The notes beneath the pieces were generated by a model. That model did not search any database. It was given only the letters and a program-made list of their open reading frames with translations, and was not told where the DNA came from. From contig NZ_SNUY01000058.1 of the NCBI RefSeq assembly GCF_004376175.1, forward strand, positions 364 through 29,144: 28,781 bases of DNA, in the 5' to 3' direction. The translations under genes were made by a program, and so were the position numbers. This document shows, one piece after another, positions 1 to 7,629 of this stretch. Position 1 is the stretch's first letter, and each line of letters starts with the position of its first letter. The DNA is from Halalkalibacterium halodurans. Its GTDB lineage: Bacteria > Bacillota > Bacilli > Bacillales > Bacillaceae_D.

Positions 1-71
1 TCCTGTAACTTCCTCCAAACTAGCTGTTCAAGTTCTTTTAAAGTTGGGTATTCTGTGTTATTCTTTTGCAT
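1..71 (-). CDS. 5' end (23 codons) of a gene running off the left edge, N-terminus MQKNNTEYPTLKELEQLVWRKLQ; possibly an ISLre2/UPF0236-type transposase
   Basis: ATG at 69-71 (minus) with AAAGGAG (79-85) 7 nt upstream. The frame stays open to the window edge. The transposase guess rests only on remembered N-terminal similarity. Confidence 0.35.
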   Translation of the reverse strand, partial: MQKNNTEYPTLKELEQLVWRKLQ

Positions 72-175
72 AGGGTTTCTCCTTTGAATCGGGTTTTTGT
101 CGACTATGATTCTACCAAGGAGAGACCCTTTTTTCATGTATTTTGCTTAATCCCTACCGCGCTTTCGCTTGGTGG

Positions 176-219
176 CCTGATCAACCAGGTAATGAACTTC
201 CATTACCTGGTTGATCAGG
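176..219. repeat. Perfect 19-bp inverted repeat with 6-nt loop (cctgatcaaccaggtaatg / aacttc / cattacctggttgatcagg)
   Basis: Read directly from the sequence. A T-rich tail (ttatttcttct) follows on the + strand only. No + strand gene lies upstream for it to terminate. Confidence 0.8.
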
Positions 220-357
220 TTATTTCTTCTCCCACAATCATTTTACTCATACATGAATGAAAAACCACTGGACAGATTCTAACCGATGTCATACCGTCCC
301 ACCATCCTCTGCCTTTATCCATCAAACGAAAGTCATTCGCCACTCGAAACAAAATAA

Positions 358-386
358 TTGAAATACGCCCGATAAATCTCTAAACT
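358..386 (+). promoter_or_regulatory. Putative sigma-A promoter for rarD (TTGAAA-17 nt-TAAACT)
   Basis: -35 at 358-363 and -10 at 381-386 with 17-nt spacing, about 50 nt upstream of the rarD start. Confidence 0.4.
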
Positions 387-433
387 AGATCTATCCATTG
401 TTATTGAATTTTCAGAAGATGAGGGGAACAGCC

Positions 434-1360
434 ATGAAAAATCAACAAAAAACCGGTGTCATCGCGGCCATTAGCGCCTATCTTATCTGGGGATTTTTAC
501 CCCTTTATTGGAAGCTGGTGGATGAAGTGCCAGCAAGTGAAATGCTCGCCCATCGTATCGTTTGGTCTCTTGGGTTCATGGTCATTTTGTTAGCTGTCAT
601 GAAGAAAAATCGCCAAGTGATGAGAGAAATCTTGGATACCTTAGCAAATAAAAAGACAGCCTTTGGCATAACGATGGCTGCCATTCTCATCAGCATGAAC
701 TGGTTTATTTTTATTTATGCGGTCTCAAGTGACAAGGTCATCGAAGCCAGTCTCGGCTATTATATTAACCCGTTAATTAACGTCTTGCTAGCGATTGTTT
801 TTTTACGGGAGAGCTTATCGAAATGGGAAGTAGCTTCTTTCCTTTTAGCGGCTGCTGGTGTATTGAACATCACGCTTCATTATGGGTCCTTCCCTTGGGT
901 CGCCTTCGCCCTAGCCATTTCCTTTGGCGTGTATGGCCTGATAAAAAAAGTCGTTTCCCTTAGCGCATGGGCTAGTTTAACAATTGAAACATTGATCATG
1001 ACTCCATTCGCTTTGCTGTTCCTTCTCTACATTCCGCTCTCAGGAGGAGCAAGTGCCTTTAGCCTGAACCATTTGTCTACTGCGTGGCTGATCATCGCAT
1101 CTGGAGCCGCAACAGCGTTACCTTTGCTACTGTTCGCAACGGGAGCCAAGCGAATCTCTTTTTCGCTAATTGGTTTTTTGCAATACTTAGCCCCAACGAT
1201 CATGCTCATGCTCGGAGTTTTTCTCTTTCAAGAACCCTTTAGCCGTGTACAGTTCGTCTCCTTCTTGCTCATCTGGACTGGCTTGATTATCTTCACCATC
1301 TCACGTTCGCGAACCGCTGGTCGATTGAAAAAAGAAGCCTTAGCAAAAGCAAGTGCATGA
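434..1360 (+). CDS. rarD: EamA/DMT-superfamily permease, RarD family
   Basis: Ten-TM-like hydrophobic profile. Motifs AYLIWGFLPLYWK, HRIVWS and EASLGYYINPLINVLL match the RarD signature. Start moved to ATG 434, which has GAGGGGAA upstream; the ORF-track start 398 has no RBS. Confidence 0.85.
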   Translation: MKNQQKTGVIAAISAYLIWGFLPLYWKLVDEVPASEMLAHRIVWSLGFMVILLAVMKKNRQVMREILDTLANKKTAFGITMAAILISMNWFIFIYAVSSDKVIEASLGYYINPLINVLLAIVFLRESLSKWEVASFLLAAAGVLNITLHYGSFPWVAFALAISFGVYGLIKKVVSLSAWASLTIETLIMTPFALLFLLYIPLSGGASAFSLNHLSTAWLIIASGAATALPLLLFATGAKRISFSLIGFLQYLAPTIMLMLGVFLFQEPFSRVQFVSFLLIWTGLIIFTISRSRTAGRLKKEALAKASA

Positions 1361-1401
1361 GGTAGCGATCCCGAAGTTAGATTTTCATTCTACTATTAAA
1401 A

Positions 1402-1440
1402 AAGCACCTGTCGCCTCTGTTAAAGAGACGACAAGTGCTT
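1402..1440 (-). terminator. Rho-independent terminator of the glutamine synthetase gene
   Basis: 17-bp stem. Its two imperfect positions are G-U on the minus strand but C-A on the plus strand. A T-run (ttttttaat) follows only on the minus strand. Confidence 0.7.
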
Positions 1441-1451
1441 CATTCCAATGA

Positions 1452-2819
1452 TTAAAATTTACCTTGGTAAGCTGCTACTTCCCAATCGTGAACCGTTGTA
1501 CGGAATTCATCCCACTCTCCACGTTTCAACGCTACATACTCGCCGAAAGCGTGCTCACCGAATGTTTTCTTACCAATTTCCCCTTCTTCAAAGCGATTAA
1601 TTGCTTCTTCAAGGCTTGTAGGTAAGTTTTCAATTCCGCGCTCAGCAATTTCCTCTGCGCTCATGTGGAAGATATCAGCATCAACAGAAGCTGGTGCTGT
1701 AAGCTCTTGTTCCACTCCGTCCAAACCAGCAGAAGCGACAACAGCGAATGCTAAATAAGGGTTAGCAGCTGGGTCTGGGCAACGGATTTCCACACGTGTT
1801 CCAGCTCCGCGTGTTGCTGGAATACGGATTAGTGCCGAACGGTTGGAAGCAGACCATGCGATGTAGCAAGGTGCTTCATATCCTGGCACAAGGCGCTTAT
1901 AAGAGTTTACAAGCGGGTTCGTTACCGCAACGAAATCTTTTACATTTTCAATTAAACCAGCAATAAATTGATAAGCTGTTTTTGAGAGTCCTAGTTTGTC
2001 ACTTTCATCATAGAATGCATTTTCTTGCTTCTCATCATCAAACAATGAGATGTTTGTATGCATTCCGCTACCGTTTGCACCACCAAGTGGCTTCGGCATA
2101 AATGTTGCGTGAAGCCCGAATTGCTTCGCAACGGTTTTAACGACCCATTTATACGTTGTCGCTGCATCAGCAGATCCTAAAGCATCAGCATATTTAAAGT
2201 TGATCTCATGCTGGCCCTCAGCTACCTCGTGGTGAGACGCCTCAATGGTAAAGCCCATGGCCTTTAACGTACGATAAATTTCAAGGCGAACTTTTTCTCC
2301 GTTATCTTTTGGAGATGGTTCGAAGTATCCACCGATGTCTTGTGTCTGCTTTGTAGGAAGTCCATACTCATCTGTTTCAAAAAGGAAGAATTCTAATTCG
2401 GGTCCGACACTGATGGAATACCCTTTTTCTTTTGCACGTTCTACCGTTTTCTTTAAGATGTTACGCGGATCTCCTTCAAAGTCAGACCCATCTGGCTTTT
2501 TTACGCTACAGAGAAAACGCCCTTCTGAATAGCCCTCTTCTTCCGTCCAAGGCAATACAGCAAATGTTGTTAGGTCAGGCTGCAAGTATAAATCTGACTG
2601 GTTGATCGGTGTGAAACCAGTAATGGATGAACCATCGAACATAATTTTTCCATCAACCACGCTATCGATTTGTTCCGCAGTAACAGTTACATGCTTTAAA
2701 ATTCCTTCAATATCTACGAACTGTAGGTGTAGAAGTTCAACGTTTTTCGTTTTGATTGTCTCTTTAATTTCCTCGATCAAACTCTCACGCGTCGGCACTG
2801 AAACGGTCGTCATCTTCAT
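1452..2819 (-). CDS. glnA: Glutamine synthetase, type I
   Basis: 455 aa with GSI hallmarks (NGSGMHTNISLF, SASNRSALIRIP, RVEIRCPDPAANPYL). Start taken at ATG 2819, 5 nt after AGGAAG; ATG 2813 is also possible. The track start 2825 is a GTG abutting the RBS. Confidence 0.9.
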   Translation of the reverse strand: MKMTTVSVPTRESLIEEIKETIKTKNVELLHLQFVDIEGILKHVTVTAEQIDSVVDGKIMFDGSSITGFTPINQSDLYLQPDLTTFAVLPWTEEEGYSEGRFLCSVKKPDGSDFEGDPRNILKKTVERAKEKGYSISVGPELEFFLFETDEYGLPTKQTQDIGGYFEPSPKDNGEKVRLEIYRTLKAMGFTIEASHHEVAEGQHEINFKYADALGSADAATTYKWVVKTVAKQFGLHATFMPKPLGGANGSGMHTNISLFDDEKQENAFYDESDKLGLSKTAYQFIAGLIENVKDFVAVTNPLVNSYKRLVPGYEAPCYIAWSASNRSALIRIPATRGAGTRVEIRCPDPAANPYLAFAVVASAGLDGVEQELTAPASVDADIFHMSAEEIAERGIENLPTSLEEAINRFEEGEIGKKTFGEHAFGEYVALKRGEWDEFRTTVHDWEVAAYQGKF

Positions 2820-2835
2820 ACACACTTCCTTTTCT

Positions 2836-2852
2836 TGTAATGTAATGTGACA
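2836..2852. promoter_or_regulatory. TnrA/GlnR box 1 (TGTAA-TGTAATG-TGACA)
   Basis: Perfect match to TGTNA-N7-TNACA. It lies between the putative -10 and the RBS of glnA. Confidence 0.55.
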
Positions 2853-2870
2853 TCTTTAATTGTTATCATT

Positions 2871-2899
2871 ACTGTATAGGAACAGAAAGTGCCTCGCAA
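2871..2899 (-). promoter_or_regulatory. Putative sigma-A promoter of glnA (TTGCGA-17 nt-TACAGT on minus strand)
   Basis: -35 at 2894-2899 and -10 at 2871-2876 (minus strand) with 17-nt spacer. Confidence 0.4.
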
Positions 2900-2905
2900 T
2901 GGGTT

Positions 2906-2922
2906 TGTTAGATTATCTGACA
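2906..2922. promoter_or_regulatory. TnrA/GlnR box 2 (TGTTA-GATTATC-TGACA)
   Basis: Perfect match to TGTNA-N7-TNACA, ending 6 nt upstream of the putative -35. Confidence 0.55.
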
Positions 2923-3141
2923 AACACTTTGATAAGGAGATTTTTCCCATAATCGAATAAAGCTTATAACGAAGGGATAGGAAACGCTTACAAAAATCTG
3001 AAAAATCAGATTTATGATTCATTAGAACTACGGATCTTATGTAAACTGAAAAGGTCAGAAATACGTGGCTGCCGTCTAGTGTTTATGGCGAAAGCGATCT
3101 TTTCTTACCCTTTAATCTTAACGAAGGTAATCTACAATAGA

Positions 3142-3174
3142 ATAAAAAAAGAGTGAATGTCTATCCATTCACTC
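3142..3174 (-). terminator. Orphan rho-independent terminator-like hairpin with no credible gene upstream
   Basis: 9-bp stem gagtgaatg/cattcactc with 6-nt loop. A 7-nt T-run follows on the minus strand (A-run 3144-3150 on plus). Confidence 0.5.
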
Positions 3175-3500
3175 CAAATAAAGGGGGGTATTTCGATGAA
3201 AAAAACTCTTGCAATGATGGGTTCGTCTATACCGTAACAATTTTTTCTACACAGAACAACCGCTTGCGACAATTCTTCACAAGAATCATACAACCTTAAC
3301 AAGGTTTTTACGCAACAATTACATTTGATCGTGTCAGAAAGTGTACTTTTCCTCATTTTTCTTACGACCGCTTAGTCGGATCGTTATATGCTAAGTCCTT
3401 TAACAAAGACATTGATTACAAACAAAGGATTTAAACTGAAGCTGGGACAAAACACAGTAATAAGAGTGTTTATTTTATATGGGGTTTATGGTTTCAAGAA

Positions 3501-3587
3501 CACTCGCTTCCCGCGGGCAAGGCTTCAGCTAATCGGGGAATGGGCCCCGATGGATCTTCAGCTCTTGCTTTTCCCCTAGGCGTCGCG
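3501..3587. repeat. GC-rich island in an AT-rich spacer; possible copy of an interspersed Bacillaceae intergenic repeat
   Basis: cactcgcttcccgcgggcaaggcttcagct...cttcagctcttgcttttcccctaggcgtcgcg is clearly more GC-rich than its flanks and contains a duplicated cttcagct. The repeat-family idea is from memory only. Confidence 0.3.
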
Positions 3588-3633
3588 AATTTTGACCATT
3601 AACTTGGAAACGGCCGTAGTTATCCGTATAAAG

Positions 3634-3676
3634 AAAAAGGTTCGGATCATTTTAATTTGATGATCTGAACCTTTTT
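3634..3676. terminator. Bidirectional terminator downstream of the glucosidase gene
   Basis: Stem aaaaaggttcggatcat / atgatctgaaccttttt, with T-runs on both strands. Confidence 0.7.
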
Positions 3677-3717
3677 AATTACGTCTGGCTAGTTCTATCC
3701 CTGCCTCTGTTCCATCG

Positions 3718-5379
3718 TTAAGATTGCCAGCGATATACCCTTGCTTCATACGGACGTAGCTTATCTTTCGCCCCTTGTGTTTTGTAGTTACCAAGCACAC
3801 GTTCCTTCTCCCCAATTAACTTGAGTGGGAATTGGAACGATACCTCATCAGCAAACATATTCACCAGAATGAGCGCGCTCTCTTTCTCTAGTGTACGCGT
3901 ATAGGCAAAAATCTGTTTATGCTCAGGCAAGACAAGATCGTAACTGCCATAAACAAAAAGGTCCGATGACTTCCTTAATTCAATCATCTTCTTATAATAA
4001 GAAAGAACAGAATCCTCTTCTTTTAGCTGCTTCTCTACATTGATTTGTTTATAATTTGGGTTGACCCCCATCCATGTTTCCGTTGCTGTTGAGAAGCCTG
4101 CATGCTTTTGATCGTTCCATTGCATCGGCGTACGGGAATTATCTCTCCCCTTTTGCCAAATGATCTCCATAATTTCTTCATGGGAGCGTCCTTTTTCTGT
4201 TTCAATTCGATAAAAGTTTTTCATCCCTACATCATCGTAGTCCTCTATTGAAGGAAAACGGACATTCGTCATCCCAATCTCCTGCCCTTGGTAAATAAAC
4301 GGAGTACCCTGCATAAAGAAGAAAAGCGTCCCCAATGCTTTTGCACTTTCTTTCCAATATTCCTTATCATTTCCCCATGTGGATACGCTTCTTGGTTGGT
4401 CATGATTTTCAAGAAATAACGCATTCCACCCTTTTCCTTCAAGTCCTTTCTGCCATGTCGTAAAGATACTCTTGAGTTCAGCAAGGTCAACCGTGCCATT
4501 TACTCCTTTATCCCACAATCCTAAATGTTCAAACTGAAAGATCATATTAAAGGCACCATGATCTTCTCCAACCCAATCGTCCGCTTGTTCCACAGTTACC
4601 CCATTTGCTTCGCCTACGGTCATAATATTAAAGTGATCGAACGTCTCCCGTTTCAACTCTTGCAAGTATTCATGAATACCTTCACGGTTCATATGCCCCT
4701 CAAAAGAAGGAACATAATCGAGCCCTTTTGGATTCGGTAAATCTGGTAACCCTTTTACTTTTTTAATATGAGAAATGGCATCCACACGAAATCCGTCGAT
4801 TCCCTTTTCGAGCCACCAATTGATCATTTGATATAACGCTTTACGCACGTCCCTGTTTTCCCAATTTAAATCAGGTTGTTTTCTCGAGAAAATATGCATG
4901 TAATATTGGCCTGTAGCCTGATCATACTCCCAAGCGGAACCGTTGAAAATAGACTCCCAGTTATTTGGTTCAGAACCGTCCTCTTTCGGGTCACGCCATA
5001 TATACCAATCCCTTTTCGGGTTATCCTTGGACGATCTTGATTCAATAAACCACGGATGTTCATCCGATGTATGGTTAATGACAAGGTCGATAATGAGCTT
5101 CATACCTCGGCGATGAACCTCATGTAATAATTGATCAAAATCTTCCATTGTCCCAAACTCATCCATAATATCTTGATAGTCGCTAATATCGTAACCGTTA
5201 TCATCATTTGGTGATCGATACATCGGACAGATCCAAATCACATCGATCCCTAGGCCTTTTACATAATCTAATTTTTCAATAACTCCTTGGAGATCACCAA
5301 TTCCGTCCCCGTTAGAGTCACAAAAACTTCTCGGGTAAATTTGGTAAACAACCGCTTCCTTCCACCATTGTCTGTTCAA
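3718..5379 (-). CDS. malL: Oligo-1,6-glucosidase / alpha-glucosidase, GH13
   Basis: QWWKEAVVYQIYPRSF, DLVINHTSDEHPWF, GFRVDAI and FLENHDQPR are GH13 subfamily signatures. Start set to TTG 5379, which has GGAGGGGG 9 nt upstream and gives 553 aa with the usual N-terminus. Confidence 0.9.
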   Translation of the reverse strand: MNRQWWKEAVVYQIYPRSFCDSNGDGIGDLQGVIEKLDYVKGLGIDVIWICPMYRSPNDDNGYDISDYQDIMDEFGTMEDFDQLLHEVHRRGMKLIIDLVINHTSDEHPWFIESRSSKDNPKRDWYIWRDPKEDGSEPNNWESIFNGSAWEYDQATGQYYMHIFSRKQPDLNWENRDVRKALYQMINWWLEKGIDGFRVDAISHIKKVKGLPDLPNPKGLDYVPSFEGHMNREGIHEYLQELKRETFDHFNIMTVGEANGVTVEQADDWVGEDHGAFNMIFQFEHLGLWDKGVNGTVDLAELKSIFTTWQKGLEGKGWNALFLENHDQPRSVSTWGNDKEYWKESAKALGTLFFFMQGTPFIYQGQEIGMTNVRFPSIEDYDDVGMKNFYRIETEKGRSHEEIMEIIWQKGRDNSRTPMQWNDQKHAGFSTATETWMGVNPNYKQINVEKQLKEEDSVLSYYKKMIELRKSSDLFVYGSYDLVLPEHKQIFAYTRTLEKESALILVNMFADEVSFQFPLKLIGEKERVLGNYKTQGAKDKLRPYEARVYRWQS

Positions 5380-5404
5380 GATAAATCGCCCCCTCCACCT
5401 TATG

Positions 5405-5416
5405 GCAAACGTTTGC
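5405..5416. promoter_or_regulatory. LacI-family-type operator palindrome GCAAACGTTTGC
   Basis: Perfect 12-bp palindrome with a central CG, 26 nt upstream of the malL start, just upstream of the RBS. Confidence 0.45.
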
Positions 5417-5547
5417 ACATGCTCCTTTATTATATTTGCTTTTTGTAAAGAATACAATTGTTTCTTGTCAATTTCAACTCAATTGCGCAAACGATTTCTC
5501 TTATTTAAATCCCGTTTATTGTATAAGATAGAAATTTAATCATTTAA

Positions 5548-5565
5548 TATGTTTCACGTGATACA
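5548..5565. promoter_or_regulatory. CACGTG-centred palindrome, copy A (atgtttcacgtgatacat)
   Basis: 18-bp palindrome with one mismatched pair. 16 of 17 positions are identical to copy B at 7722-7738. Confidence 0.4.
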
Positions 5566-5894
5566 TTAATTCGAGTAAGTATAGATTTAACATACTTTTG
5601 TAAAATGTTCATATAGTGATTAACTCGTCGTTCTTATCCCAGACTCATTTTATAAAGCGAGCGACAGTGTCGCTAGTGTTACTTTTGAACAAGCTACATA
5701 AAACTTTAGCTATCGTCAGGTACGGTTGTTTAAACGTTCGACCCATCAAAGTGAATAAAAATTTTAGTAGTATGTTAGTAAACTCAGTGTTTCCTATCCC
5801 CTTTAAACGGCAGCAAGATTCATAGTCTCTTTCCACCCTCCCTCTCGAATGACTTTGCTTATAAAAGTTTTATACTTTTTTACGGCAAAAAAGT

Positions 5895-5936
5895 AAAAGT
5901 CGGATAAACCGATACAAAACGGTTCACCCGACTTTT
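5895..5936 (-). terminator. Rho-independent terminator of the SbtA-like gene
   Basis: 17-bp stem whose two imperfect pairs are G-U on the minus strand. A T-run (ttttactttttt) follows on the minus strand. Confidence 0.65.
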
Positions 5937-5965
5937 TTGTTTTAAGGTTTACTCCCCTCTCTTCT

Positions 5966-6979
5966 CTAATGAAGCAACTTCGCAAATTCAAAATAAAGAG
6001 GAATACCGAAGATAAGATTGAACGGGAAAGTGACCCCTAGTGATAGCCCTAAATAAATCGATGGATTTGCCTCTGGTACAGACGTTCGCAATGCAGCAGG
6101 AGCCGCAATATAGGAGGCGCTCCCTGCTAAAATCCCCATCAATGTTGCTCCCCCAACTGATAAACCGGCAAGTGTTCCTACGAGAACACCCAACGCCCCA
6201 AGCAAAATCGGGGTCAGTACACCGAACAGGATGAGTTTGATTCCGTGCTTTTTAACTTCAGGTAAACGTTCGCCAACGGTTAACCCCATATACAAAAGGA
6301 AAAGAATCAGAACGCTTTGATACAAGTCGATAAAAAGAGGTTGAACCATCGGAATCGCTCGTTCACCTACTACAAGGCCAATAATTAGGCTTCCTAGAAG
6401 TAATATAATGCTTTTTCCAAAAAAGCTTTCCTTCAGTACTTCTTTATCAATCAGTCCCTGATGCCCTGAGACAATTCCCACTCGTTTAGAAGATAAAGTT
6501 GTTGGAACAGCCTGTTGCCTTTCAATGATGCTTAATAACAATAAGGATACTAAAATTGCAGGACTTTCCTTTAACACAACCATCGCATTCATAAATCCTT
6601 CATAGGTCGTGCCACTTTTCTCAAGAAACGATACAGCCGCACCATAAGTTACTATACTCGTCGATCCATAAGTGGCAGCAAGCGCAATTGAGTTCTTTAA
6701 GTCCACTTTCATAAACAAGCGTGTAATCATAAGAACGATAACCGGGATCAACATGCCTAAAAATATCGTCCCAATAACTGGCCCAATTACCGCTTCGAGA
6801 TGATAGTGTGAAAGTTCAATCCCTCCCTTTATTCCGATCGCAATCAAAAGGTACATACTTAACGCTTCTGTCAATCCTTTTGGAAACTGCAAATCAGATT
6901 TAAAGGTCGCAGCAATAATACCTAATAGAAAAAACAAGACTACAGGTGATATCAAGTTTTGTATGATGATTTCACTCAC
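5966..6979 (-). CDS. Sodium-dependent bicarbonate transport family permease (SbtA-like, DUF897)
   Basis: 337 aa, polytopic. N-terminus ...SPVVLFFLLGIIAATFKSDLQFPKGL...LLIAIGIKGG resembles the SbtA family. GTG start with GAGGGAGGAA 6 nt upstream. Confidence 0.75.
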   Translation of the reverse strand: MSEIIIQNLISPVVLFFLLGIIAATFKSDLQFPKGLTEALSMYLLIAIGIKGGIELSHYHLEAVIGPVIGTIFLGMLIPVIVLMITRLFMKVDLKNSIALAATYGSTSIVTYGAAVSFLEKSGTTYEGFMNAMVVLKESPAILVSLLLLSIIERQQAVPTTLSSKRVGIVSGHQGLIDKEVLKESFFGKSIILLLGSLIIGLVVGERAIPMVQPLFIDLYQSVLILFLLYMGLTVGERLPEVKKHGIKLILFGVLTPILLGALGVLVGTLAGLSVGGATLMGILAGSASYIAAPAALRTSVPEANPSIYLGLSLGVTFPFNLIFGIPLYFEFAKLLH

Positions 6980-7018
6980 TTTTTATTCCTCCCTCTAACG
7001 AAAATATGCAATAAAAAA

Positions 7019-7085
7019 ACCGACAATTTAAGAATAGATGGTCTTATCACCATACATTCAAAAAATTGTCGGTTTATCTTCAACA
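7019..7085 (-). terminator. Intercistronic terminator/attenuator-like hairpin between the DUF2294 and SbtA-like genes
   Basis: 12-13-bp outer stem aaaccgacaatt / aattgtcggttt. The ~35-nt loop contains an inner 5-bp stem (atggt/accat). A 7-nt T-run follows on the minus strand. Confidence 0.5.
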
Positions 7086-7118
7086 AACATTATGTTCTTC
7101 GAAGATCTCCCTGTTATG

Positions 7119-7484
7119 TTATGAAAAATTTTTTTCAACATCATTCTCTAATTTAAACACAATGATCCGTTCTCCTGTACGTGTGCTTAAATCAGTATGA
7201 ATGCTTAGCACCTGCTCCCCTATGATCGAGCGAATGATTTCTTTCAAATCTTTTTCTCCCGATTCAACCAAGTCAGCGCGAGTTCGTTTAATTGAAATTC
7301 TTCCTTCTTGGGTTTCACACAAGGCATATTCTGCAGGGGTTAAGATCCCTCGCAATGTGACAATGATCATATTTCGCAAAAGGTCTGTTTTCACTGAGAC
7401 AGATCCTCGTCCGAGATAATCTTTTTCCCATTGCGTAAGAGCTTTACTAATTTCTGATTCAACCATTCCTTTTGTTTTATTCAT
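7119..7484 (-). CDS. DUF2294 (MpsC-like) protein
   Basis: 121 aa. The pattern ESEISKAL...YLGRG..SVKTDLL.NMIIVTLRGILTPAE...RTRADL...IIVFKL fits the DUF2294/MpsC family. The RBS spacing for ATG 7484 is short (GAGGG-3 nt), so the start is uncertain. Confidence 0.75.
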   Translation of the reverse strand: MNKTKGMVESEISKALTQWEKDYLGRGSVSVKTDLLRNMIIVTLRGILTPAEYALCETQEGRISIKRTRADLVESGEKDLKEIIRSIIGEQVLSIHTDLSTRTGERIIVFKLENDVEKNFS

Positions 7485-7629
7485 TGTCCCTCATCAATTT
7501 CCTATCGAAATCTTACAGAATAATACTAGGCTTTCAATCCTCTTACAGCTTTTTCAGATAGCCAATCGCATGATTAAACTATATGCTAAAGCCTTGCTAA
7601 AGGATTTACTATGGTCAGCTTATACATTT

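Noticed and set aside
66-260. 64-aa plus-strand ORF at the left end
   Set aside because: It runs through the RBS of the minus-strand edge gene and through the 19-bp hairpin. It has no RBS of its own.
3196-3237. 13-codon mini-ORF MKKTLAMMGSSIP behind AAGGGGGG
   Set aside because: The RBS and spacing are good, but no downstream plus-strand gene exists for it to regulate and no conservation data are available. It is too short to call as a feature and is kept only as a note inside a finding.
3132-3356. 74-aa Cys-rich minus-strand ORF (KCNCCVKT...LCRKNCYG)
   Set aside because: It has no Shine-Dalgarno sequence. Its C-terminal 15 codons are simply the terminator hairpin and T-run read as protein. 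It is more likely non-coding; see the finding on 3023-3717.
5380-5457. ATG-initiated 26-codon extension of the glucosidase
   Set aside because: There is no RBS at 5457, and the extension covers the operator and RBS region. TTG 5379 with GGAGGGGG fits the conserved GH13 N-terminus.
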